The notes under the pieces were generated by a model, which made no database searches, was not told the DNA's origin, and saw only the letters and a program-made list of their open reading frames with translations. Below, in pieces: positions 1 to 13,734 of a stretch of DNA of 64,000 nt. The stretch spans positions 38,564,001-38,628,000 of the forward strand of contig OX597834.1 of NCBI GenBank assembly GCA_951406725.2, in the 5' to 3' direction. This stretch comes from Octopus vulgaris. Its lineage: Eukaryota. Numbering within the stretch: the first letter of the stretch is position 1; each line of letters opens with the position of its first letter. The position numbers and the translations under genes were made by a program.

Positions 1-80
1 TGTATACACACACATGCACCTATATATGTATTTGTGTATACACACACACACACACACATGCACCTATATATGTATTTGTG

Positions 81-113
<33 letters not shown>

Positions 114-289
114 TTATGTATGCAATTATGCGAGTATTTGAACACAAATATGAATTCATACAAATACATACACACGCACACATACACGCACTATGTGGGT
201 ATATGACTGACGGTGCCCCAGCATCGCCACAGCCTCAAGACTGGAACATATAAAAGTATAAAAGAATATATATATATCTTTTTCATATT

Positions 290-653
290 GAATTTGTTTC
301 AGTCATTGGTCTCCGGCCATGCCGGGGCACAGCGTTACAGAGCTCTGTCGAACAAATCGACCCCAACACTTATTTTTAAAATATGTCACTTAATCAACTG
401 TTCTCTTGCGCAAAACCGCTAACGCACGGGGACGTAAATAAACCAACAACAGTTGCTAAGCGGAGAAGGGATATACAAAAAGGCGAACACACACACATAC
501 GACGGTCTTCCACACTGTTTCCCCTCTACGAAATTCGTTGAAAAGGTGTTGGTTGACCTGGAGTTATTGTAGAGGATATCTACCCAAGGTGTAACGTAGT
601 GGAACTGAACCTGAAACCGCATGGTTGCAATACGAGCTTTTTAACACCACAAC

Positions 654-662
<9 letters not shown>
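290..662 (-). mobile_element. Diverged copy of tRNA-derived SINE family A
   Basis: Reverse complement aligns by eye with the family A copy at 8354-8757 (tail GACTGAAACAA, CCCCG..TTAGCGGTT block, GGTTCAGTTCC B-box-like head). Confidence 0.75.
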
Positions 663-748
<86 letters not shown>

Positions 749-765
749 GGCTAGGCATTTTGCCC

Positions 766-1217
766 GGCGTGTGACTGTGTGGTAAGTAGCTTGCTTACCA
801 ACCACATGGTTGTGTGGTAAGTAGCTTGCTTACCAACCACATGCTTACCAACCACATGGTTCAGTCCCACTGCGTGGCATCTTGGGCAAGTGTCTTCTGC
901 TATAGCCCCGGGCCGACCAAAGCCTTGTGAGTGGATTTGGTTGATGGAAACCGAAAGAAGCCTGTCGCATATATGTATATATATACATGTATGTGTGTGT
1001 ATATGTTCTTGTGTCTGTGTTTGTCCCCCTAGCATTGCTTGACAACCGATGCTGGTGTGTTTACGTCCCCGTAACTTAGCGGTTCGGCAAAAGAGACCGA
1101 TAGAATAAGTACTGGGCTTACAAAGAATAAGTCCTGGGGTCGATTTGCTCGACTAAAGGCGGTGCTCCAGCATGGCCGTAGTCAAATGACTGAAACAAGT
1201 AAAAGAGTAAAAGAGTA
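766..1217 (+). mobile_element. SINE family A with internally duplicated head
   Basis: GTGTGGTAAGTAGCTTGCTTACCAACCACATG occurs twice, followed by GGTTCAGTCCCACTGCGTGGCATCTTGGGCAAG..., an internal (TG)/(TA) tract, and the 3' tail GACTGAAACAAGTAAAAGAGTAAAAGAG. Confidence 0.9.
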
Positions 1218-1511
1218 ATACATATCGTATATATATATTCAATATGTATAATATACATATATGTGCGTACGTACATATTTAGATACATATATACGTGTAT
1301 ACACATATATTGACATACACATACGTGTATGTACGTACGTACATACATACATGTCAGCTTTAATATCTTTATATTCTGAATAAACAGAAAGAGTAATTGT
1401 TTTTCTCTTTTGAGAAATGAATTTTTTTTATATGTTATATAGAGAAATATTTTAAATCGTTTATTTTTCCAAAAGGTAAAGTTAAAGTAGAATACGAGGC
1501 AAAGAAAATTT

Positions 1512-1650
<139 letters not shown>

Positions 1651-1849
1651 AAGAAGAAGATGAAGAAGAAGAAGAAAAGAAGAAGAACAACAACAACAGC
1701 AACAATAACAATCGGATAAATATGTGTGCGTATGAGTGTATGTGTGTTTTCACAGACGCACACACACGTACACACACACATACATAAACACAAACACGTA
1801 TATGTGTGTATGAGCTCACACGCTCATATGCACGCATACATATACATAC

Positions 1850-1880
<31 letters not shown>

Positions 1881-1963
1881 GCCACAGTAAGATTTTTACT
1901 TATATATACATACATATATATAAGCATATATATGAGCCTACATAAATATATATCTATATCTAC

Positions 1964-2032
<69 letters not shown>

Positions 2033-2711
2033 AATCTCTCTCTCTCTCTCTCTCTATATCTATATATATATATATATATAAATATATATATATATGCATT
2101 TTAATACGTTTATAGAATATAGAATATAACTGTTCATAGATACTCATCTCACCATTCCAACGGAAACGTAATATACAAATTTGTCTATTTACACTTAACG
2201 TTATCTTCATAGAAACCTGGGAGGCTTACGAACATCTACACCCACCCACGCACGCGTGCACACCCACGCACAAACTGACAAACCTACGCATCTATGACCT
2301 TTCAGTATTTCCAGTCAGGTATTTATAAAAGAAAGGTGCTCGTTCAACCACAGGCTGGAGCGGAATACTTTCAGCAGATTTGCTCTAACAGATATTGTTC
2401 CGGTTGTTTCATTACTTTCCTATTATTATTATTTCGTCCAGTTCGACACTGTTACATTTATCCCTCTCTTCATAACCCCCACCACCATCGCCACTGCCAT
2501 GGTTGTCAGTCCCTGCCATCAACCCCGGAGTCGCGATAAATCTACCTGATTCATTGAGATGCTTCTCACGATCTCCTTTGTAACAGATTTGCGGGTGCCC
2601 TCTTCAACAGACCCCCACATTCCAGTCCGAGTACTGCGAATATATTCGTTTCTCTCCCATTGTCGAAATTTTCGTGTATTAGTATGTCGTTGCCGACTGT
2701 CACTCCACAGA

Positions 2712-2892
2712 CATGATAACCGATGTTGGTGTGTTTATATCCCTCGGAATTGAGCGGTTCGGCAAAATATTCCGATATAATAAATACCAGGCTTTAAAAA
2801 ATAAGTACTGGGGTCGACTCGTTCGACTGAAATTCTTCAAGGCGGTGCCCCAGCATGGCCGCAGTCTAATGACTGAAACAAGTAAAAGATGA
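2712..2892 (+). mobile_element. 3' half of SINE family A
   Basis: AACCGATGTTGGTGTGTTTA...GCGGTTCGGCAAAA...GGCGGTGCCCCAGCATGGCCGCAGTCTAATGACTGAAACAAGTAAAAG. Confidence 0.85.
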
Positions 2893-2926
2893 AAGAAGAA
2901 CGATAGAACGTGTGTTTGTGTGTGTT

Positions 2927-3002
<76 letters not shown>

Positions 3003-4298
3003 GCATTCTTGTCTTATTGTATAGGATTAGTAGCAGTGGAATCATGAGAGATTGTTTCGGCTTTATGTGCCTCATGACACGAAAAGAAAATGGCATGAGA
3101 ACGGAATCATTAAAAGAAGAAACTGAATTTACCAGATAAAATTGTTACAGTATCATTGACAAAGAAACGAACAGGTATACGTAATATTTTTCTTCTAATC
3201 CGATTACACCTGTATTTTGTTTCCTGTATTAAGTTGGTGGCAGCTTCACTCACTTTTTGTTAAACATCGGCATTATAGTCGTAATATTTTGTCTAATTAT
3301 AGGGATGGGATGAATTTGTGCTTAACTTTCTGGGATAATTATTTGGAAAAACTTATTTCAACAGGATATACAGTTAATTAAAAAGATTATGCTATTCTTG
3401 ATATCGACAATGACGCGATGATAAGGTTGATTTTTTTTAATACAACTAATTATAATGTTTGTCGTTATCTAAATAACGCTGTTATCAGGGAGCAGGAAGG
3501 AAAAAGGGCTGGCTTGTATGCCTTCGTGAATATTTGTTTTATTTGAACCTTCGTTCTCCTTTTTGTCAATTGTGGAGTCTGTTTTAATCTGTGTAGAATT
3601 TAGATTCATCCTGTATGGAAGATAAAACAAGAAGTTGTATGCAGTTGTGAATGGGTGACAGTATATGAAACATCTGTATTAAAACCGTATTTATAGTAAA
3701 CGTACTGATATGAAAAGTATTTGAATAGAATAGTTAGAAAATTAAAAATAGATACAATTAATTAATTCGTAATTAAACTAACGAAGGTAATACACTGATG
3801 TCATAGTGAGATGTAAAGAGAATAAAAAACAAAATAAATGTAAAAAAAAACTAATGATTGAAAAATAAAGGGTAAATGGTAAAGATAGCTTTTGTAGGAG
3901 ATAATCTGGTGGATTATTCAGATTTTATGCAGTAACTTCAGGTTTTATTTCTTTAGGTAATGACATAGAATAAGTTAAAGTATACAAGATGTACTTTTAA
4001 AATCATTCTGATAGTTATCAAAAACTGAACTATATATGCATAAATGAAATCCCACCAACCTGAAGAATTCTACCAAAGGATAATGATATGTAAAAGTACA
4101 AAATCACTGTAGTGCTCCAGCATGACCTCAGCCGTATAGCTGAAAGGAATATAAGAATAAAAGAATGTGTGTGTATGTGCGAATGTGTGTGTATATATGT
4201 ATATATACTCACACCGATACGCATACATAAATGCATACATATATGTGTCTATAAACATATATACATTTATATATCTATATCCTTCCATTCATCCAAGC

Positions 4299-4346
<48 letters not shown>

Positions 4347-4405
4347 GTCTGTCTGTCTGTCTGTCTATCTGTTTATATATTTGTGTGTATGTATGTTTAA
4401 ATGTT

Positions 4406-5268
4406 CAAGGTGGTGTCAAAAAGTTACCAGACTAGCTCTGTAGCGCGCCAACAAATGGCAGCAAACTGTTGCGTGCAAAGTGAGGGCTAGATGTGACCTT
4501 CATGAGGCAGGGTCCAGAGTGACATTTGTGTTTCTGGGATCACATGTATGCTGTAGTCTGTGATTTTTATCAAGGACAGGAACATAGAGCCAACGTGAAA
4601 TTTTGCTTTAAACTTGGAAAGTCTGCTACAGAGACATTGAGTATGCTTCGGCAAGCTTACAGCAACGAGGCAATGGGCCGTACGCGATGTTTCGAGTGGC
4701 ACGGGCGCTTCAAAAGCGGAAGAATGTCCTGGAAGACGTGCCACGAGCATCACCCCTCGGAAATGTGGGGGGAAATTCACCAGCTTGTACATGAGGAATG
4801 TCGGAGGAGAATCAACGACGTTTTGAAGCGTTTGAGTGGGAACATTCGTCGGAAGTGACCGGATCTGAGGAGCGCAAAGGATTGGATTCTTCACGATGAC
4901 AATGCAATGCACCTATTCACCGAACTCTCCTCACTCGTCAGTTTCTCACCAAAAGCATAGTATCGCTGTCGCAGCTGCTCTTTTCGCCAGATTTAGCAGA
5001 TGCTGCACTCTCCTTCCCAAGATGAAAATGCAGCTCAAAGGTCACCGGTTTAACACCGTTGTCGAGATCAAGAGCGAATCGCAAAAGGTCCCCGACTCGC
5101 TTACAGGAAACACTTTCCAGACCGGATTCTAAAAATGGCAGGAACTCTGGGACAGTGCATTGCTGCGCAAGGTAACTATTTCGAAGGAAATGATATCAAA
5201 ACTTAGGTAAATAAGTTATTAAGTTTTATTAGACCTAACTAGTCCGGGAACCTTTTGGTACCACCCCG
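4406..5268 (+). mobile_element. Mariner (DD34D-family) DNA transposon, internally deleted and frameshifted
   Basis: Imperfect ~30-bp TIRs (CAAGGTGGTGTCAAAAAGTTACCAGACTAG / CTAGTCCGGGAACCTTTTGGTACCACCCCG, then TA). N-terminal HTH region EHRANVKFCFKLGKSATETLSMLRQAY..EAMGRTRCFEWHGRFKSGR. FSPDLA (YSPDLAP-like) near 4982, LPKMKMQLKGHRF and C-terminal CIAAQGNYFEG. Confidence 0.92.
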
Positions 5269-5588
5269 TATGTATGTTTGCATTTATGTATCTTTGCATG
5301 TATGTATGAATGGATGGATGCATGGATGGAGGGATCGATGCATGGCTGGATGGAATTGATAATGGATGGACAAACGGACGGATGTGTTATACGTATTTGT
5401 AGCTCTCCGCTGGTCCTAACTCCGCAGGTCCTTACACCCAGCCTGAAGAAACATCTGGAAACTTTAGAAATACCCTACAATGTCGCACTCACAAGGTTGT
5501 GATGCATGTGTCTGGTATATTGGGCTTCGTATATTTTTATTCCAGTGTTACTTTGATGGCGTGTGCTGCTCTCCGATAATAATAATAA

Positions 5589-5622
<34 letters not shown>

Positions 5623-5639
5623 GGTGGTGGTGGTGGTGG

Positions 5640-5671
<32 letters not shown>

Positions 5672-6399
5672 GTGATGATATGAAAGATTAATTGGCATTT
5701 AAAAATATAGAAAGAGAAAATATATCGTTATTCTGTCAATGCACAGAAAATGGTGCGAAAGAAACAACTCGATCAATATAGAGATACAAGTTGAACATTA
5801 AACCAATGATTTTTTTTTTTAAACGCAATATTTTCTATATCAAATAAATAGATTAATGACCAAATAATTAATATAGCATTATTCAACAAGGATTCGGTGA
5901 ACTGCCAACGAGAACAAGCGAATTCATTCTCGTTCAAACCATTCAAATCCTGCAATAAAATGGCTGTGTTGAGAATACTTTGTTTCAAAGATATTTTGAA
6001 TTTGGACGATATAGGATTTTGTGTTAGTATTGTCATCAAGAATGATATACAATATACTAGTGGTTTTAATGAGGCATTTACTATCAAGTAGACACACTGT
6101 GGCGTGTTACAGGTATAGGTAGAAGGATAGAAACTGCAAAGTTAATAGGGCAGCAATCTCCAGATTTAACTGCTTTCATTAATGCAATTGCGATATTTGT
6201 GGCCTAAGGGGAAATGTAAAGACATTAAATTTTAAATGTTTCTTGTGATATGGAAAGAGACATTTAACCGAGGTATGTGTTAAACAATAGTAGTTCATTC
6301 TCTTATTTTTACATTCTTAAACATTGATATAATGAATTTTGCGTAAGGAATTTCTGGAAAAACCATTTTCTTATAATACACCCTCATTATAATGAACAT

Positions 6400-6566
6400 A
6401 GGCACAGGCATGGTTGTGTGGTAAAAATTGTGCTTCTCATGCACATGGTTTCGGGTTCAGTCTCAGTACATGGCACCTAAAGCAAACTGTCTTCTACTAT
6501 AGCCTCGGGCCGACCAAAGCCTTGTGAGTGGATTTGGTTGACGGAAACTGAAAGAAACCCATCGTG
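6400..6566 (+). mobile_element. 5' half of SINE family A
   Basis: GGCATGGTTGTGTGGTAA...GGGTTCAGTC...ATAGCCTCGGGCCGACCAAAGCCTTGTGAGTGGATTTGG. Confidence 0.85.
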
Positions 6567-6648
6567 TGCGTGTATATACATATATACACACACGCGTGCA
6601 TAAAAACACATACATACACCTATATGCATACGTACATACATTTATATA

Positions 6649-6689
<41 letters not shown>

Positions 6690-6835
6690 GACAGTCTTAT
6701 TTCAGTTTCCGTCTACCAAATCCACTGACAAGACTTTGCGTCTGCCCGGGGTTGTAGTAAAAAGCATTTGTCCTAGATGCCACACAGTGAGACTGAACCC
6801 GGTACCATGTTGTTGGGAAGCAAACTTCTTATCTT
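6690..6835 (-). mobile_element. 5' half of SINE family A, inverted relative to the 6400 copy
   Basis: TTTCAGTTTCCGTCTACCAAATCCACT...GACTGAACCCGGTACCATGT is the reverse complement of the family head. Confidence 0.8.
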
Positions 6836-7921
6836 ACGCGATTTTTCTAAATTTATCTCATTCATGACTATTCATATTACGAGGGATTATTTAACCATCT
6901 TTCTGGTATAAACAAACCCTTTGACGTAGAGAATATTTTTAGAGCATTTAAAATATTAAACCAAATAATTTCATATAATTCTTTTCCCCCATGAATTCCT
7001 ATACAATCATAAAACTATTCTTTACAGAAAAGAATGACTTTCTGCAGAATGTGAAAGACGTTCTTGCATGCATGTTAATCCTAACATGAGATTCATTGAT
7101 TAAAGCAAAACTAAAATTAAAATATTAAAAAAAAAAACAATAATTTTAGAGGAATAATGCAGTTACAGAAGGATAGTATTCTACTAAATCAAATTGTGTA
7201 AATTTACAGTAATGTTTATTATTGATAGCGTTAAACTACTTTATGGAAGAGAAAAAAACTGCTACACTTTAATTGAACGGAAATGACGCCTTTTTAACTT
7301 AAAGAATAATTGAATCGAGAATGCTGTTTCTGCTGACTATACCGAATTTACTCATAACAGTATTAATTAACCTTCGTTTGGTATTACAAATAAACTTGCC
7401 TTTGAAATTTTTAAAGAGGTTGTAATGTTTACATATAACGAAGTATTCTATTCTATCATCTTTATTAAGTTTAATGGTCTTTTGTTTTCATCTTCGAGAT
7501 TTATGGAATCATATATTTTGTTACTAGTTTCTTTGTAAATGTAGATTGATGTTAGACAGAAGTCTTTAGTGAATGTTGCTGCTGTCCGCTTCGTAAAAAG
7601 ATTTGTATTTGTCCCATAAAACATTCTGTAGTGTATTTTTGCTTTTTTTTTACATACTTGCTTGTAAATTGGGCTTCGTATATTTTTTATTCCAGCGTTA
7701 CTTTGATGGCGTTACAAGAATTCTTAGAGTGATTTTGAAATGCACACACGCACACACACACACACACGTGTGTGTGTATGTGTGTGTGTGTGTAATCAGA
7801 GTAACTTTCATAATTTTATTGAACTAGGTGCATATTTTGCCATGAAAGGAAAATGTTGCTATCTATCTATTTTATTCACCGTAAGCACTGCCTTTCTTGC
7901 CTACCTAGGCAGCACGTCCCT

Positions 7922-7962
<41 letters not shown>

Positions 7963-8353
7963 TAAGAATATTGGTGAAGCATACTCATCAAGGCCTGATA
8001 CAGCATGTGTAGTCATGGAGAGTAGCTCCCAAGTTGAAACAATTGCTTCAAAATTTGCACTTCTTCTTCCCTGAATATAAATTGATATCTACACCAATAA
8101 TTATTGTTGCGCTTAGTTATGTTAACAGATATCTAAATCAGACCCGGAAAAGCTATGATTTTCGACCAAAGAGAGGGACCAGCTAACACACACATTACAG
8201 GTACATTTTAAAGGTGGAAGAGTAAAAATACGGAAGGTTTTTCTAAATTTCAATATGCAACATTTATCAAGATTCTTTTTTTCTTTCTTAGAAACCAGTT
8301 CCTTTCTTCTTGGATGAATTCTAATAAACAAATAAAAAATTTGTAAACAAATA

Positions 8354-8757
8354 GGCGCAAGAGTGGCTGTGTAGTAAGTAGCTTGTTTACCAACCACATG
8401 GTTCCAGGTTCAGTCCCACTGCGTAGCATCTTAGGCAAGTTTTCTACTATAGCCTCGGGCCGACCAAAGCCTTGTGAGTGGATTTGGTAGATGGAAACTG
8501 AAAGAAGCCTGTCGTATATATGTATATATATATATATATATATGTGTGTACGTTTGTGTGTCTGTGTTTGTCCCCCTAGCATTGCTTGACAACCGATGCT
8601 GGTGTGTTTATGTTCCCGTAACTTAGCGGTTCGGCAAAAGAGACCGATAGAATAAGTACTGGGCTTACAAAGAATAAGTCCCGGAGTCGAGTTGCTCGAC
8701 TAAAGGCGGTGCTCCAGCATGACCGCAGTCAAATGACTGAAACAAGTAAAAGAGTAT
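8354..8757 (+). mobile_element. Full-length SINE family A
   Basis: A-box-like TGGCTGTGTAG, B-box-like GGTTCAGTCC, conserved body and AGTAAAAG-repeat tail. Confidence 0.93.
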
Positions 8758-9082
8758 AAGAAAGTGTAAAAGAGTACATACAAGTTCATAGATACGTATA
8801 TATAAACATATACATACAGTATATGCATGCATCATAACGTTCATATAAGCATATATACATACAGTCCAAAGCAGGGGATGGCTACGAAATCCTTGACGAA
8901 CAACAAAGAAATACATGACACGAAGGGAAATGTGGATGATATTGTATATATGTAATCTGCCGCTGCTCTAAAATATCAAAAATGATACAACCTTCCATTG
9001 CGATATAATGTTGCTAAGACAATATGTTACCATCCATGGGAAAGACTGCCTTGGAATAAACATATACAAAGTATCAGTTTTT

Positions 9083-9158
<76 letters not shown>

Positions 9159-9160
<2 letters not shown>

Positions 9161-9578
9161 CTCTTACTCTTTACTCTCTCTTTACTCTTTTACTTGTTTC
9201 AGTCATTTGACTGCGGCCATGCTGAAGCACCGCCTTTAGTCGAGCAAATCGACCCCGGGACTTATTCTTTTGTAAGCCCAGTACTTATTCTATCGGTCTC
9301 TTTTGCCGAACCGCTAAGTGACGGGGACGTAAACACACACCAGCATCGGTTGTCAAGCAATGCTAGTGGGACAAACACAGACACACAAACACACACATAC
9401 ATATATACATATATACGACAGGCTTCTTTCAGTTTCCGTCTACCAAATCCACTCACAAGGCATTGGTCGGCCTGGGGCTATAGCAGAAGACACTTGCCCA
9501 AGATGCCACGCAGTGGGACTGAACCCGGGACCATGTGGTTGGTTAGCAAGCTACTTACCACACAGCCACTCCTGCGCC
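9159..9578 (-). mobile_element. Full-length SINE family A
   Basis: Near-exact reverse complement of 8354-8757 and 49141-49543. Confidence 0.93.
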
Positions 9579-10712
9579 TATATATATATATTAATGCAAG
9601 GAAAATTGTTGAGGCATTCCTATCAAAACTTCTATTCCAACATATTAAGCCTGATATAGTAGATGAGGTTAGAAATGAAAAATCGTTTACAATCACAGAG
9701 GTCAGTTGCCCTGCGGCTAGGAACATCTCTACCATGATCAATGAGAAAGAGAATATCTATGAGAGCAGCTGCTTATGAACTCATATCTTAATACCCTGAT
9801 TATAAATTCACATTCATATAAATAATTGTTGGTATACTTGGCTGTTACTAAATATTTAAGTAACAATTTGGTAAAGATGGAACTTTTAGGTGAAGAAATT
9901 AAGTAGATAACTGGCACTTTACAAATACAGACTGTAAGTGGCATGATTAAAATATGCAAGATATTTCTAAGATTCAATGATGTAAAATATATTTTCATCC
10001 AAATTTTAACAACGGAGTTTATATCTTTGTTAGAAAACAGCTCCTTCTAGGAAATATTCAAAGAATTCAAAAAGGAAAGAACCTGCAAATATGCAAAGTT
10101 ACAAAGAAAGAAACTATATACATATATGCAAATATAGTTGAATAAACAGAAGCGATGCAAGTGAGAATTTGAAAAAAAACAAAGAAAAAAAACGAATAAA
10201 ATTTGTTTATTCGTCCTCACTGAGAAAACCTTCTCTGAAAAAATAGTTTCATATATACTTCCGGTCGGTGAAAATATTCAGACAATATTTTGGATTCGTC
10301 TACTTAACAATAGAGAAACTCGGGATAAATACACACACACGCAAATACACAAAGCACACATACACACACAGACACACACAGACACACACACACATACGCT
10401 TACAGATTTATATACACTTAAATATATGCATAGAGGCATACAATCTCAAATGTATATGTGTATATCACTGTGCGTGTGCGTGTTCGGGGTGGGAGTGTAT
10501 GTAAATGGAATAGGATTTGACTATTGTGTACGCATTCCTAACAAGAAAAAAAGCCAAGAACTTATTACTATGCATACAGAGAAATATTTATATCGAGTTG
10601 AAGAATCCAAAGGTAAAACTATCATTCGGTGAGAAATATTGGTATTTCCATTTCCCAAAATACGTTAACACACACACACACATTTCCAAGTGCATGTTAA
10701 TATATACATACA

Positions 10713-10789
<77 letters not shown>

Positions 10790-10814
10790 AAAATACGTAT
10801 AAAGAAAATCATAT

Positions 10815-11050
10815 CTTTAATTGTAGAATTCACCTTTCAAGGCCAACAATTGTTTCTATTGTATTAACATGTTTAGATATAGAAAATATCATTGTTGAAA
10901 TCAATATATCCGAAAATATGTTAACACATCGTTTTCAAGACGACCCAAAATTAGTTGAATTCAAAGTGAACTATGAATTAAGGAAATGTTCTCAGTACAC
11001 GAACGTCTACAAGAAGAATGCTAAGAAAAAATAGATTTTGTATCCAAGTA
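10815..11050 (+). pseudogene. Possible highly decayed Helitron Rep-domain fragment
   Basis: Across frameshifts: IVEFTFQG.., DIENII.EI......DDPKLVE......RKCS and ..FLYP. These resemble the Helitron Rep segment (VIEFQ.RG.PH / ID..ISAE.P...DP.L...V.....H.C / CRF.FP). Confidence 0.35.
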
Positions 11051-11271
11051 TTGGTGACGTCGGTGGATAATGAAAAAATAAAAATAAACATAAGAATTCT
11101 ACGTTACTGCAATTAGACGCACAGAGAAATATAATCTGAGAAAGGCTATGTTTTATTGTCTGAATATTTTCACCGTTTCGACAATTAGAAACAGAGATTT
11201 TACGTTACGACAATTAGTTATCTATTTATTAATCAAATATAGTAAGCATTTTCAGAAAAATTATGCTTATA

Positions 11272-11487
11272 AGGCGGCGAGCTGGCAGAAACGTTAGCAC
11301 GCCGGGCGAAATACTTAGCGGTATTTTTTCTGTCTTTACGTTCTGAGTTCAAATTCCGCCGAGCTCGATTTTGCCTTCCATCCTTTCGGGATCGATAAAT
11401 TAAGTACCAGTTGCATACTGTGGTCGATCTAATCGACTGGTCCCATTCCCCCAAATTTCGGGCCTTGTGCCTAGAGCAGAAAAGAAA
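11272..11487 (+). mobile_element. SINE family B (tRNA-like head, conserved central domain)
   Basis: GGCGGCGAGCTGGCAGAAACGTTAGC...GAGTTCAAATTCC (B-box)...TTGCCTTCCATCCTTTCGGGATCGATAAATTAAGTACC. The central block resembles the widely shared Meta/Sauria-type SINE domain (from recall, unverified). Confidence 0.88.
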
Positions 11488-11539
11488 AATTATGCTTCTT
11501 ATATAATATATGAAAAGCAATTATAATTAAGAATTGAAA

Positions 11540-11845
11540 CATTTAAATGTATTTCGAAATTTGTGGCAACATTTCATTGTAAATGTAATAAAATTAATTT
11601 ATCAGTAATTATATAATACATTCCTCTAAGGCAAAGATTACATATAGAATTGCCAACATTGTACGAGGGGGCGTAACTAATAATGGACAACTTTAAATCA
11701 AAATTAATGTTCCTATCCTTTAAATCCTCAATACATTTACTAAGATTTATAGAATTACCTATTCTTTTATACTTAAACGAATGAGAATGATTATGAATTC
11801 TAAATTTCCAAATTGTAGCAGATGAACCAATGTAATAGTACTTAC
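11540..11845 (-). pseudogene. Penelope-like element GIY-YIG endonuclease C-terminal fragment
   Basis: ORF 11574-11864: YYIGSS...WKFRIHNHSHSF......INLSKCI.DLKD.NINFDLKLSII..APSY......CNLCL...YYI, then KCCH. Matches the PLE endonuclease pattern YIG.T...FK.R..NH..SF...LSK.IW.LK...C.LCL.EK. Confidence 0.8.
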
Positions 11846-11896
11846 GATACCGTGTTATTACCATACACTGGTAGACTATGTATGTGACTATTGGAT

Positions 11897-11985
11897 TTCT
11901 TCTTCTTCTTCTTCTTCTTCTTCTTTTTCTTCTTCTTCTTCTTCTTCTTCTTCTTCTTCTTCTTCTTCTTCTTCTTCTTCTTCTT
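11897..11985. repeat. (TTC)n microsatellite
   Basis: Direct reading. Confidence 0.95.
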
Positions 11986-12173
11986 TCTCTCTCTATGTCC
12001 CGTTTTCCATTTTTTTTCGTTGTTTACGTATTTCATGTTATTTGCACCGTTGGTGACGTCCTGTACCCAAATATGCATGTATATATATATATATATATAT
12101 ATCATATATTATTTATTATAGATAGATAGATAGATACATACATACATACATACATACATACATACATAGAGTG

Positions 12174-12276
<103 letters not shown>

Positions 12277-12278
12277 AA

Positions 12279-12582
12279 ACACGTGGTTTAGTGGTTTGCG
12301 CATTCGGCTCACAACCGTAAAGTCGTGAGTTCGATTTCCAGCGGTGCATTGTGTCCTTGAGCAAGACACATTCTATCACATTGCTCCAGAAGTATGAGCA
12401 GTCCCCGTATCCTAAAGAGCTGGTCTTGTTCCATTCTGCGTCACCTTAAATCTCACCGATAACTACGTTCAGGGTATGCGTTTCTGTGGAGTGCTCAGCC
12501 ACTTGCACGTTAATTTCATGAGCAGGCTGTACCGCTGATCAGATCAGCTGGAAGGTTCGTCATCGTAACCGACGGAGTGTCA
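12279..12582 (+). mobile_element. SINE family C (tRNA head + GTGTCCTTGAGCAAGACAC block)
   Basis: A-box TGGTTTAGTGG, B-box GAGTTCGATTTCC. 3' part TGTGGAGTGCTCAGCCACTT...CGTAACCGACGGAGTG is shared with 29497-29865. Confidence 0.85.
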
Positions 12583-12646
12583 ATTATATACGTATATACA
12601 CGTGCGTGTGCATGTATGTATACATAATTATATATATATATATATA

Positions 12647-12711
<65 letters not shown>

Positions 12712-13104
12712 GATATGTATATACATATATATATTCATGCACACACACACGCACACGCATACATAGAGAGGGTGTAGGGAAAATATATATATATATACAG
12801 ATTGAAGAACATATATAGTGTCGAATTAATTGTTGATATTTGGCAACTGTTCAACTTTTGAGATGTTAAAGATTGTTGAAGTTTTCGCTTATGTCCTGGC
12901 TGAGTAGTTCTACTGCTAAGGTGCTTAAGGCGTTGGTGTGCAGGAGTGAGCATGGTCGTTAGTGTCTGCAGTGCACTAAACACACTTCACGCAGATGCAG
13001 CGGCATTCGGACATTTTTGCACAGACTTCAAACGATTAACACCGAAAACATAAAAAAAAAAACCCAAAAATATTAAAACAAGAAAATCAGCAACAACGAC
13101 TTCG

Positions 13105-13467
13105 ACGATGTTGATGATGATGATGATGATGATTATGCTCATGATCATGATGAGGACGATGATGATGATGACGATAATGATGATGATGTTGTTGATGATG
13201 ATGATGATGATTATGCTCATGATCATGATGAGGACGATGATGATGACGATAATGATGATGATGAGGATGATAAGGATAATGATGACGACGATGAAGATGA
13301 TGATGATGATGACGACGACAAAGAAGATGATGATGAAGATGGCGGCGAAGATGATGATTGTAATGATAATAATGATGATAACGATAGTAATGATGATGAT
13401 GATGATACTGACGACGACGACGATGAAGATGACGATGGTAACGATGATGGTGATGATGATGATGTTG
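13105..13467. repeat. Compound (GAT)n tract containing an internal ~78-bp duplication
   Basis: GATTATGCTCATGATCATGATGAGGACGATGATGATG occurs twice. Confidence 0.9.
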
Positions 13468-13688
13468 ACAATGGCAAAACCAGAAGTGGGTGAACGGGGA
13501 CTAATGATAAAATAGATGATAGCAAAAGGACTGGCAAACGATATCCTTTGATCTGCCTGACTCAACTGAAGAGACAAAACAGAAACGGTAAATGATGGAG
13601 GCATACAAACATAGACACGCAGACACGCACATGCACATACGAATAAATACGTACATACCTGCATGAATACATACATACGTACATGCAT

Positions 13689-13734
<46 letters not shown>

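Noticed and set aside
3025-3174. 150-bp AG...GT-bounded exon candidate
   Set aside because: Stop codons in all three frames. At most non-coding.
5773-6087. Non-repetitive 104-aa minus-strand ORF
   Set aside because: No recognisable motif and no convincing splice donor. Cannot be supported without a search.
9008-9778. 256-aa ORF and recurring peptides such as RLPNPLTR..SARGYSRRHLPK
   Set aside because: Antisense translation of SINE family A, recurring at every copy.
9590-9780. hAT transposase-like snippet IVDEVRNEKSFTI
   Set aside because: Too short, and the catalytic motif is not retained.
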